A DNA stretch of 64,000 bases from Hemiscyllium ocellatum (taxonomy: Eukaryota). The DNA lies in assembly GCF_020745735.1 (NCBI RefSeq), contig NC_083423.1, forward strand, positions 18,166,001 to 18,230,000. Direction: 5' to 3'. Shown piece after piece: positions 38,040-50,458 of the stretch. Every line of letters starts with the position of its first letter. Position 1 is the stretch's first letter. Below the pieces are notes generated by a model. That model worked only from the letters and a program-made list of their open reading frames with translations. It ran no database searches and was not told the origin of the DNA. Both the position numbers and the translations under genes were made by a program.

Positions 38040-39905
38040 ATCATAGAATCATAGTCATAGAGATGTACAGCATGGAAACAGACCCTTCGGTCCAACTCGT
38101 CCATGTCGACCAGCTATCCCAACCCAATCTAGTCCCACCTGCCAGCACATGGCACATATCCCTCCAAACCCTTCCTATTCAGATACCCATCCAAATGCCT
38201 CTTAAATGTTGCAATTGCACCAGCCTCCACCACTTCCTCTGGCATCTCATTCCATACATGTACCACCCTCTGTGTGAAAGTGTTGTCCCTTAGATCTCTT
38301 TTATATCTTTCCCCTCTCATCCTAAACTTGAGCCTGCTAGTTCTGGACTTCCCCACCCCAGGGAAAAGACTTTGTCTATTTATCCTATCCATGCCCCTCA
38401 TGATTTTATAAACCTCTATAAGGTCACCCCTCAACCTCAGACGCTCCAGAGAAAACAGCCCCAGCCTGTTCAGTCTCTCCCTATAGCTAAAATCATCCAA
38501 CCCTGGCAACATCCTTGTAAATCTTTTCTGAACCCTTTCAAGTTTCACAACATCTTTCCGATAGGAAGGAGACTAGAATTGCACGCAATATTCCAACAGT
38601 GGCCTCACCAATGTCCTGTACATTTGCAATATGACATCCCAATTCCTGTACTCAATACTCTGACCAATAAAAGAAAACATACCAAATGCCTTCTTCATTA
38701 TCCTGTCTACCTGCGACTCCATTTTCAAGGACCTGTGAACCTACACTCCAAGGTCTCTTTGTTCAGCAACACTCCCTAGGACCTTACCATTAAGTGTATT
38801 AGTCCTGCTAAGATTTGCTTTCACAAAATGCAGCACCTCGCATTTATCTGAATTAAACTCCATCTGCCACTTCTCAGCCCCTTGGCCCATCTGGTCCAGA
38901 TCCTGTTACAATCAGAGGTAACCTTCTTCGCTGTCCACTACACCTTCAATTTGGTGTGATCTGCAAACTTACTAACTGTATCTCTAATGCTCACATCCAA
39001 ATCATTTTTGTGAAAGACAAAAATTATTGGACCCAGTACTGATCCTTGTGGCACTCCACTGGTCACAGGCCTCCAGTCTGAAAAACAACCCTCCACCACC
39101 ACCCTCTGTCTTCGACCTTTGAGCCAGCTCTGTATCCAAATGGCTAGTTCTCGCTATATTCCATGAGATCTAACCTTGCTAATTAGTCTCCATGGGGAAC
39201 CTTGTCGAATGCCTTACTGAAATCCATATAAATCACATCTACCACTCTGCCCTCATCAATCCTCTTTGTCACTTATTCAAAAATCTCAATCAAGTTTGTG
39301 AGACATGATTTCCAATGCACAAAGCCATGTTGACTATCCCTAATCAGTCCTTGCCTTTCCAAATACATGTATATCCTGTCCCTCAGGATTCCCTCCAAGA
39401 ACTTGCCCACCGCGGAAGTCAGGCTCTCTAGTCTATAGTTCTCTAGCTGGTCTTTACTACCCTTCTTAAACAGTGGCACTACATTAGCCAACACCTGTCT
39501 TCCGGCACTTCACCTGTGACTATTGATGATACAAATATCTCAGCAAGAGATCTGTATCTTCCCACAGAATTCTAGGATACACCTGATCAGGTCCTGGGGA
39601 TTTATCCACCTTTATGTGTTCCAAGACATCCAGCACTTCCTCCTCTGTAATATGGGCATTTGCAAGGTGTCACCATCTATTTCCCTACATTCTATATCTT
39701 CCATATCCTTTTCCACGTAAATACTTATGCAAAATACTCGTTTAGTATTTCCCCCATTTTCTGTGTTTCCACACAAAGGCCGCCTTGCTGATCTTTGAGG
39801 GGCCCTATTCTCCCCCTAGTTATCCTTTTGTCCTTAATGTATTTGTAAAAACCCTTTGGACTCTCCTTAATTCTATTTGCCAAAACTATCTCATGTCCCC
39901 TTTAT
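38040..39905 (-). mobile_element. CR1 LINE ORF2 and 3' end
   Basis: ORFs 38129-38548 and 39273-39494 with CR1 RT motifs; tctatga-type tail at 38040. Confidence 0.9.
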
Positions 39906-40379
39906 CATCTGACTGAAAAGAAGATATTAAGAAGAGCAGCACTGTTAGGGAAACAAGCTTCTGGCCAATGACAAATAAGGAAAATTTTTGTATTAGGTAT
40001 TATTAGGTAAATTTGATCTAGCAATGGTTTTAAATAGTTTAATTTTTAAGAGATTCTTTGTTACTGTCTTGGAGTGCCGAACACACAAAAATGTCTTGAT
40101 TCAACCATCCTTTCAATAACGAGCTTCGCTATCTGTAGGTCCATTTGGCACTGGTCAGCATGTAACACTTCAAGGTCATGACGGAAAGGAGACAGTGGAT
40201 TCTGTGATGGTTCTGTGAGCAGACTGTTAAAGTCATTTTGCAGGTTTCCTTAATTACCCTGATGTACTTATCTAAGGGATGATCTGTCTGGTTAGCACAG
40301 AATACAATACTTTTCACTGTATCTCAGTATACATGACAATAATAAATAAAATCAAGACACAAGCACCAAAGTGCGGAAT

Positions 40380-40800
40380 GACTGGGTGTTAGAAAGGCAC
40401 ACTACGTCAGGCCCTTTATACACATCCAATGTCTCTGAGTCTCTCAAGGGAAGTGTGGTGATGAAGACATTGTCATTCACCTTCTGTGGAATGTGCCTTT
40501 TCAAAGAAGGCCTGGGAAGGTGTCAGTGATGCAATACTCTGTGCCCTACAGATTATCCCCAGGGACATACACTGAGATAACCATCAAACAAAGAACTGCA
40601 GATGTTGGACATCTGAAATGGTTTCAGTGGAAACCACTCTTTGGTCTGCCAGAACCTTGTTGGTCCTCTATTGTATAGTTGTCCACAACTGTGGATTACA
40701 GACTGGCACATTCTAAGGTCAGGACCACGTGCTCAGGGACACATTAAAGCTTGAGGCAGCTGCCCAAGAAAACGCACTGGGGATAGTTTCACCATTTAAA
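40380..40800 (+). mobile_element. Degenerate Tx1/L1-like LINE 3' fragment
   Basis: tgtggtgatgaagacattgtcattcaccttctgtggaatgtgcc reads CGDEDIVIHLLWN(C), resembling a LINE zinc-knuckle remnant. Confidence 0.45.
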
Positions 40801-42770
40801 AACAGTCAGCCATAGTGCACCAAAGGGCTGGTAAATTATGGAATCATCAGGCTGTATGCATGTCATTGAATTCATCGAGTGAATGTCATTGCATTGTCAT
40901 GAGATTCCTAAGAATACAACATGCTCTATGGAGAAAAATTGAAAGTGCTATTGCAATTTCCAGAATACCTGATTTGAAATGTTTATCAAGTACTTTTACA
41001 CGTTTTACGAATAAAGTACATTTTTGGACAAAATATCTGTAACAACAGAGGAAGCAAAAATGGAAATTGCTGGCAAAACTCTGTGGGTCTGGCAGCATTT
41101 GTGAGAAGAAAGCAGAATTAACGTTTTGAGTCCATTGACTCTTCATTAGGGCACAGGAAGGTTGTTTTGATATGAAAATAAACAAAGACATAAATCTCAG
41201 TTTCTAAAGTGATGTAATTGTTAGGCATCTTCAAAACAATAGATATTTGACCTCAAGCTCCTGACCCCACCAGAGGTAAGAAAAAAAGAAATTATATGTA
41301 TTTATATGACACTTTCATGGACTCAGGATTCTCCAAAACATTTCCAAGCTGATGTAATACATTTCCAGTATAGTCACTGCCATTTTATAGATAAACATAT
41401 CAGTCAATTTGTGCCCAGTGAGTTCACACAGATCATAATCAACAGCAAAACAATTTAGATCTACGAAGCAAAGAATTCCAATAAGCTTCAGAGTGACATC
41501 ACAGAACAAAATATAATTCTGAGTGGCATTAGATCAGATGAACAAAATCAATTCCAACTTGGATTTAAGTCTTTGGGAACTGGTCACTGTCCAGTTCTTC
41601 AGTTTGACTCGGAACACAGAAACACTGGTATGTGGAAACTACCAGTTCTGCTGAGACAAAAAAAAATGATTTCAAGAGAGATTTCTAGCTTCTGGTTTGT
41701 CTTCTTTACTGATTCATGATGATAAAACAGAAGTATGAGACCAGAAAGGGAACCAATAGTATCAAGGTCACTTAATCCTTTCAAAGCCTATTTGTCCCAG
41801 TAATTAAGGCAATCAAACAAAAGCTGAAATTGCTGAGAAACTCAACAGGTCTGGCAACATCTGTGAAGAGGAAGTAGAGTTAACATTTTGAGTCCAATGA
41901 CCCTTCTTCAGTACAAGGGAGCAAATTCTATACCATTGCACATTTACAGCTGGAAGTTGGAGCAATAATTTGGGATGCTGAAGAAACCAGATTTAGATGA
42001 GTCTGGATATCTCGAAGTGTTGAGGGGTTGGGCCGGAATGGAGAGGTAGGTAACAGCAGGGCCTTGGAAACAATGAGAATGTTAAAATCAACTCAGAAGG
42101 GTGCGGCCATTTAGATGAGAGGAAGCAGAGGGTCACCTTTGTGCTCTAGATGATTCTGGAAGGGTAAGCAATTTTGGCAGAAAAGATTACGATCTAACAA
42201 TCAGTGACTAAATCAGGTGTCTGCCACATCCTTTCAAACCAAGCTCTGTTGTTGATGCAGCAACTATTGGCACCACAATCTACAATTCTTTCACATGAAA
42301 TTTGGAAACTTGATAAAGTCAACACCCTGACTAACTTACAATCCTGAGAGAAAGTGAGGACTGCAGGTGCTAGAGATCAGAGTCGAAGAGTGTGGTGCTG
42401 GGACAGCAGAGAGACTGCTCCTAACTGCCTGTGCTTCTCCAGCACCACAATCTTCGACTTAGAATCCTGAGAGTTGAGTTGTGACCAATTTCCAGCTTGA
42501 TTTCCAATTGTTTAAATGATCAGAATATAGCTGTCATCAATTTGAGTTTTGCCAACAAGAAAGTTGATGGACTGGAGGAGTCATACATCTTCATCCTTGG
42601 TTTCACAAACCATTGCTTAATATGACTGTATTTCCATTTCATCTTTTTTAAACTATTATCTCTGCAGAATGATTGGTTCCTGTGTGTTTAAGAGGTTTTT
42701 TTTGTGATTGAAAAGGGACATTCTTCTAATTCTGGATTAGTGCTTATATATTAGCTTATATATATATATA

Positions 42771-42914
42771 TTCTTGCTTTTAAGCAGCCCATGAGAAGCC
42801 TCATGAAATTGTACAGCATCTCTGTGTGTTCAGCCTTAAATGATCTCAAGTAGTATTGGCTTTTTTGATTCTGTGGTATTCTCCCAAAACACCAAAGATC
42901 CAGACATTTGACCA
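42771..42914 (-). repeat. 144-bp intronic duplicate of NACHT-exon sequence 43874-44017
   Basis: Same orientation, 5 mismatches in 144 bp by eye, preceded by a (TA)n run. Confidence 0.9.
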
Positions 42915-43527
42915 CTGCCACTTTTGTTAAGGAAGGGCTTTGTGTTGGAATAATGGAATATTTTCATTTACTGAAGAAGTATAGTGCAAAATTGCTTTAA
43001 TTCTGAATAATGGTGCAAAGGGAAAAAATTGCTGTTTTGTTGATTGAATTTAAATGTTCATATGTTTATTTGTGTGATTCATGACTTGGGGCTTAATTAA
43101 CTGTACATTCGTCCTGTCATGATTATAGCAAATACATATTTAAGTTTATGTGAGACTTACAGCAGACCTTGCCATCAATGTATTTTACAGCAAACTAACC
43201 AAACAGTAAGGCAAACAAAGTGAATTTAGAAATACTTTTTAAAAAGAATCTCTGAAATATAGCAGAAAAACCTATAGCAAAGAAATCCAATCACATATTG
43301 CAGTGTACGTTTCAGGCATAATTGATAGGGTATTGTACAAATTATCTCCACGTGGAACGTGACACAATGCAGGCATTAAATTTGATCAGGGCAGAACGGA
43401 AGCAGAAATGCATGACAAAGGGAAACACAGCGAAAGATGGTACAGGGCAAAGCACCCAAATGCAAAATTTTATTCCTTGCAGATTGTAAACCTGTTGCTT
43501 TAAATTCTTATGAATGATATTACTCAC

Positions 43528-45241
43528 AGAACAGTTTTGCATTTGAATAGCACATCCTTGAGCTGTTTTATTCCATCATCCGCTATAGTACAGAGTCTTA
43601 AATCCAATTCTTCCACAGCAGAATGACGGAGACAGTAACATAACACAGAAAGGTCTAGTGAGCTCAGAGAAATGTTGAAAAAATCTACATGCTTGAAGTG
43701 AGGAGATACCTCTGTTGTTATAGTTGAATCATGCAATTCAAAAAGACAATGCATTAAATTCAGCAGCTTGGACTTTTTGCAACTTCGTTCAAGACATTCT
43801 TTGAACCAAGTCACGAGAGCTCTGGCTGTAGAATGAGCGAGTGAAGCGTTACAGTCCCACAACTTGCCACCTCTTCTTGCTTTTAAGGAGCCCATGAGAA
43901 GCCTCGTGAAATTGTACAGCATCTCTGTGTGTTCAGCCTTAAATGATCTCAAATAGTATTGGCTTTTTTGATACTGTGGTGTTCTCCCAAAACACCAAAG
44001 ATCCAGACATTTGACCAACTCTTCAGCGTCATCTTTCAGTGAAGTTGCACAATACAAAGCTGCAAAATATTCCTTTAGCATGACATGGCAGAACTCAAGG
44101 ATTCTTTGGCCTTTAGACTCTTTTTCCAAGAAAAGATTTGAAAAATACTTTGAAAGAACATCTGGATCTATTCCATAGCGATACATATCACCTATTTTTA
44201 TTTCAAGTTTCCCTGACAGCAACTTGTTGAAGGACAGTTCCCCCAATTTCAGGATAGTATCTTGGAGCAATTTCTCTTTCTGTTCAGTCCCAGCGTTTTC
44301 AATAATGATCACTGACTTGTCAGATGTCCTGCAGTGAACCAGGCTATAAAGGAACAGCAAGAGTACTTTACTGTGTGTTATTGACACATCTGCAATCACA
44401 GCGGGTCTGCCGTTACATCTTTCCAAAATATTGCACAGGATATAGCTGTTGAGGGGATTTGACATCAGGCAGTTGATGGTCTCATATTTAATCACGTGTT
44501 CATACATTCCTGCTGCGCGTTGTGTTTCCTGAAAGAATATTTCACAATATCCTCTTAACTGATCATTGGTAAACCCAGAGATAATAAGGATGCAATCAAA
44601 ATACTTCTTGTGAGATTCAAGCTGCTCAGTATTCCATCGGGAGGTAACCCATACCTGTGCTGTTGAAAGGAGATCTCCTGCAATGAGTCTGTAAACAAGA
44701 GTATTTACTTCAGCCTCAGTGTCTATGTTAAAATCGCCATCCAGTGGATTACATTGCAACTGATTGCTGAATTCATCCAGTCCATCCAAAATGAATAACA
44801 CATCCTCAGGGTTATGAAGAAGTTCTGTTAGGACTGATGACAATGACTCAAACTGCTTCTTAAGCAGTTTGCGTAGAGTCGTCTTTCTTTCAATTCCATT
44901 GAAGTCACAGCATCTGAAAACAATGATGCACCTTGGTTGACTTAGCTGAGATTCTGCCCACTCTTGCTGGATGCTGGCTATAGCCCAGCTTTTCCCCACT
45001 CCTTTGTCACCGATCAACAGGACTCGGTTTGAAGGGTAGTTTGCTTTCTGCGGCAATGACAGTAGCTGTGCAACTTTCACTCCTGACACAAAATCTGGAG
45101 CAAGACCTGTGATCTGTTTCATGGGAGAGGTGATATTGATTGTTCTGTCAAGTAAGCTGTAGGCTTTGGCTTTCCCATGTGACATTTTGTAAAATTCTGT
45201 TCGATTTTTCAAAATGTCCTTTTTGTAACCTTTAATGACAT
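43528..45241 (-). CDS. Ig-TM-NLR gene, 1714-bp NACHT exon (NBD, HD1, WHD, HD2 and first LRRs)
   Basis: Walker A LIGDKGVGKS, Walker B VLFILDGLDEF, sensor VWVTSR, NPLNSYILC, FCHVMLKEYFAALY, LMHCLFELHD, LDLRLCTIADDG. Acceptor tcacttccttccag|AT (phase 1) and donor CT|gtgagt (phase 2). Confidence 0.95.
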
Positions 45242-46497
45242 CTGGAAGGAAGTGATTGAAATTCTCAATACACAAAGTGGGAAGGAACAGTTTCATTCAG
45301 AAACAAGCGCCAAGCATTCAGTCACATATTCAGCTTTCATAAATGTCCACCTCCCTTTACTTCAAATTCTAAACATTTAGAGCATTAATATGTTCATTTT
45401 CAGCACTTAATATCTGGGGCAGGATTTTAATGGCTAAGTGGGAGCAGGAACTCAGATGGAAGAACCCATCGTTTCCCAAACCCTATTGTCTGTTTAGAAA
45501 TTGGATTCTCATTTCGTTTGCAGTTAGTCATTTTCCTGAAAGATAAAATATGTCAGGGTGCTATACCTGTCTTGATATGGTTCCCTGTCATCTGTCAGTA
45601 ACACTGGAACCAGAAATTTTCAACACAGAAGTTCACTAACTCTTCTGGCAGAAAATAAGACCCTTGTGGGCAACATGTGGCTCGTATATCTACTCTACGG
45701 CCTCCAGTAGACAGTTTACTCCAACGCCAAAGATCAACACCTCCCCTTTTGCATGACATAGACAATTTGGGCACTCAGTGCTCTATGTCATTAATACCTT
45801 GCTATTCAACATGGCAAGATCACCACAGTTTCAAAGCCTCAAAGTTGAGTCCTAGTTTCTGTCTGGCAGCAGTCACGGAAGATGCCAGAACACAAAAATC
45901 TGATGTTAAACTGGTGCAATGTTTAAGCTTCACATTGGTATGCTTTAATAAGCAGGTTTGGAAGAGCATTCCAAACAATTTTTTTTGAAAGGGAGCTTGA
46001 AAACCAAGTCAGACTTTTCACTGGAGTAGCGTCGGAAGGAACATTCACGTAACATTATCACAGTTTTTAAGTTCTACCTCCTTCCCTATTCATCTGAAGT
46101 AAAGGGAGGTGGACATTTATGAAAGCTGAATATGAGACTGAATGATTCTGAAGGCATTACAGAAATGGTTTCATAATGAAGTAAACCTGGTAGGTTACTG
46201 GTCTTTTCATATGTTTCCAAAGCATTTACATAGTTTTAATCTATACTTTTTATCTCCTTTAGTATATAGAGATAATGGAACCAATATTCCAAATTTGTTT
46301 AATCAGTAAAATTCTATTCTTTCCTGGCTAATTTGCTAAAACAAATGTTATCACAGTCCTCTGAAGATTACATTGGTTTTTTGGTAGAAATGCATCAAAT
46401 TGTTAACAAGAATACCAGATTTATTTTGTAGTTGACTGTAGTGCCATCATATATGTTAGAACCTAATGAGAACACAAAACAGAACTCAGTTCATTAC

Positions 46498-46527
46498 CTT
46501 CTACAGCCTCTTCCAGTAAAGGCACAT
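46498..46527 (-). CDS. Ig-TM-NLR gene, 30-bp linker exon ((N)VPLLEEAVE)
   Basis: Strong acceptor ttattcttttttttcag| and donor AAG|gtaatg; phase 1-1; open in frame. Confidence 0.7.
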
Positions 46528-49500
46528 CTGAAAAAAAAGAATAAGCTTGAGTTAATGTCTGTTTCTTAAGGGCGATATCATTTACTGTCAATATCTGTTA
46601 GATTCACCAAGTTACTGGGCGGGTTTTCTATATGGGCATTGGGACTCCACAGTTGGGGCCAAAAGGGTGTCACAAGCCAGCACTCTTGGGGGGCCATTCA
46701 CCCAGCTGTGATTTTCCCAGTGGTGGCCAATTGATAACTATAGGATAGATTTGCTTTCCAATTCGAAACAACAGATTGACTCTTGCAGCTGCATGGCCTG
46801 AAAGAGACCTCCACTATAGAAGATGGGATGGCGTTGGGAAAACGTCATGTCGGCCAGCAGTGACTCTTGCCTGTCTGTGAACTCTCAGTCACTGGGGGAG
46901 GGCTAAACCTTCAGGCCACTCCAGTATATGTGAAGTTCAATCCTGAGCAGAATTCAATGTAATGACAACAATTTGATAACCCTGTCCATAAATCAAACTC
47001 TATCAAACTGAATCTCACTTTTTTTTTGGCTGATTGTAAGTTGCGTCGAGTTTTTTAAAGAGGGTTTTTCACCATGCGGCCTAGTGAGATTTCTTGCCTG
47101 ATCTTGCCAAACTTGCTTTATCAATGATTCACCCCATCTATGGGGCACCTGTCATATTGATTCTGGCTCTATCTTACAAGAGGTCATTCCTGGAACAACT
47201 CAGCATTGACTATATGTTTGCCAAAGGGCTAGGGCATCCCGGGTGATGATGCTATGTTAGAAAGGCCAATGCGCACCTGAGTGAGGGCTAGCATTCTCAT
47301 GCTGCCCTTCTCTGTTATGGGTACAATTTGAACATGTTGGAGAAGGGTAGATGCTGCTGCAATTCTTTGATAAAGACCTGGAAGTCCTGGTGGATGAATG
47401 GTACAAAGTCAGGGGCATCCTCTTCCTGAAGACGAGTAGGGGGAGTCACAACACCAGACCTTGGCATCCTGGTCTGAGGTTGCCACCTTGGTCAGTGCAG
47501 TCTTGACAGTGCAGATGAACAGCCTGCAGTAACGCAAAGTCAATGATCTTCTCTGCTCTGCTAAAGTAAATGTCACACCTTGATACTTCACAATCACTCT
47601 CTCTCCTAATGTACCCATCTTCCACCAAGGCTCAAGCTCTAATGCTCTCATAACTGTGTGCCTCATTTTCCTCATTTACTCTTATTCCTGCCCCATCTCC
47701 CATGCTTCTAATCCTGCAGAGTTTCTAAATTATCTATGCATTCCCTTGGAAAACCTCAGCAACTTAAACCCCCACCCCCCACCTCACCACCACCACCCCA
47801 CACCAGCACGAACAGCACTGCCATCCATTTTCAGCTCACTCAATCCCTCCCTTTGTCTCCAGACAGGCATCAATAAGCCCATAGGAGTAGTGAGCTCCAC
47901 AACATTAGATCCTGAGGTGCCGTGAAAGTGAGATCTGTCTTTTGCAGAAGACTCAGATCACTCCTGCATTTTTATGGTAAAGTATATTTTTGAAATTAAA
48001 ATAAACATTCATTTCCTGCCAACTGAGTACAGAACATTCTTCATTCCAAACCCTCTCACAATAGCCCTGAAGTCTATCTCATTCATTGTTCACTCTTTCT
48101 AACCAGTCGCAGCGACATGTTGTCTGTCTTTTGTTTTGCAGCACAATGTTCACCACCTCCATGGAGAAACGGCTGGGTCAGCCAGAAGCCACCTGAAAAC
48201 ACTGACACCTCAGTGAGAATGTCAGACACAGAAAGTGGAACATTTGCTGGCGAGCACCTCACTGTGACAGCTGGCTGAGGATGAAATTGCTCAAGCCTCT
48301 GGCATTCGGAAGCCTGCAGGAGACCAAGTGCCTGCTTAGCCCCAGGTAGGAGGGGACCTTTTGGTGTTGACAATCAGGGACATCATCCACATGCACAAGC
48401 AGCAACGGAATTGGCAGCAAGGCATGTGGGAGACAATAGCCATCAATGCCCAAAAGCCTTAGGAGTGCAGCTATGCAGGAGATTGTCTGGCTGCCTCCGG
48501 ATAGTCTCACTGGAGAGCCAGGTCCAGCACCCTCCGAGTTTGCTGGAGAGGTGTACTCACTTGGATTCCAGTCACTGGCCCTCAAAACTGAAGGTGTGGT
48601 GACAGGGGGATGGGGAACCTATCCCCATCCTCAAAAGGAAACAGGGCAGTGCCAGGAGGCACCCAACTGGAGGAGAAACCGCACACACAAGCACCTCAGA
48701 ATCTCCTCCCAGATTACTCCAGAAGTGGTTGGACCCTCCACCTCCACCCTGCCTGCACACCCTTTGACCCTTGGAAGTTAAAGCTAGGAAAAGAGTCCTC
48801 TTGCCCTTGGCAAGAGAAGTCTGGGAAAGCATCTCTGGGCCATCCAGACACAAACGCCTCAGGACATCCTGACCAAATCACTGAGCTCCACTGCCAAGCA
48901 GAGTACCTCCACCCCTCCTGCAGAATCAGCAATTACACCGAGATGTAAAGACATGGATAGAAAGATGAAACCTATTCAGGGCACTTTGCTGGCACAGGTG
49001 ACATTGAACATGTGTGTAAAGTGTCACATTTGTATCATTTTCCTTGTTTTGACACCACATCTGTTTAGCCCTGAATATAACTATGCCAGCAGAAGGACTA
49101 ACTTCATATTTACACAGGATACACCATGGACCAATATCTGTATTGAGAGTCTGCTGCAGTAATCAGAGGTAGGATGAACCAAGTGTATAGAGAAGAATGG
49201 ACTTTGTTGATTCCATTACCCCTCGTTCTTAAACATCCCTATTCATTGCCTGGCCATTTTGTGAATGGTTGTTAGGTGAGATCCCGGCAGGGAGGAGTGC
49301 AGCATACAAGGAGCTAATGCACTAGGGGCCTCCTTCACAGGCTCAGACACTGATCCCACCCAGTGCAGTTGCAGCCATATTCTTTCCCATTGTGTACTTC
49401 CAATTTTCCCTAACAATGGAAGGAGATGGCAGGGTTGATGGTGTTCAGGATCCCAACTGTCTGCTCCCTCTCACAAGACAGACTGCATCCTTCTTCCTTT

Positions 49501-50114
49501 GTTTATTTAACTCTTCTTCATTTAACTTTTGAATCAAATCCATTTCTTCTTTCTCCGGCTGCGGTGATGGAGAGAGATTGCAGAGAACTGTTGAGTGGTG
49601 GTCATGTCCATTCCTACTTGCCATAGCAGTTGCAGCTTGAGGGGCTGTTCCAGCGTCAATGAATTGGGGTCCGCTCATTTCCTTCGGTGTTTTGGTGAGA
49701 TCTGCAATGGTGGGCGAGTTAACGATCTCTTGGTCTTCGGGAATTGATTTGGACGGTCTATCACTTCTTGAGACAGATCCCGGTCCTCAACAGTTGGGAC
49801 ATCCTCCTAGCTATGGCAGTGGCTGGAATGTCAGCAGCAATGAGGCAGCTTTGGCAGAGATGACATCTGGTGGAGGGGGACTGCTTCAGCTGCTTCCCCC
49901 TTGGTGTTGTGACCTCAGGGAGAGCTTTGGTGGCTGCAGAGTGTGACAGTATCCTGTAGCACTTAAGAAATAAATAAACCATGTGTGGAACAAAAAATTA
50001 GATTTGTCCTAACTTTGTATGATTTATTTCTTTTTGTAATTTACGTAATTAAAATTGCACCAATTTATGTCACCTTATATATATTTCACTGTATTTTCAT
50101 AAATATATGTAACA

Positions 50115-50458
50115 TGGCAGGGTGGCTCAGTGGTTAGCCCTGCTGCCTCATAGTGCCAGGGACACAGGTTTGATTGTAGCCTTGGGTGACTGTCTGTATG
50201 AAATTTTCACATCTCCCCATGTCTGCGTGGGTTTCCTCCAGGTGCCCTGGTTTCCTCCCACAGTCCAAAGATGTGCAGATTAAGTGAATTGGCCTTGCTA
50301 AATTGCCCATAGTGTGCTGAGATGTGTAGGTTAAGTGCATCAGTCATGGAAAATGCAAGGTTTTAGAGTAGTAGGATGGATCTGAGTGGGATACTGTTGG
50401 GGGTTGGTGTGGACTTGTTGAGTTGAATGGCCTGTTGCCACACTGTAGGGATTCTATG
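50115..50458 (+). mobile_element. HE1-type SINE
   Basis: ggcagggtggctcagtggttagc head and ggcctgttgccacactgtagg tail. Confidence 0.8.

Noticed and set aside
40886-41036. Strong acceptor-like site in the NACHT-LRR intron
   Set aside because: The phase-2 frame has no LRR pattern, and the pyrimidine tract belongs to a Penelope-like terminal fragment.
45242-45296. N-terminal extension MKLFLPTLCIENFNHFLP of the NACHT ORF (and similar extensions of ORFs 55853-56317 and 34558-34956)
   Set aside because: These are intronic polypyrimidine tracts read through by the ORF finder; clear AG acceptors lie downstream.
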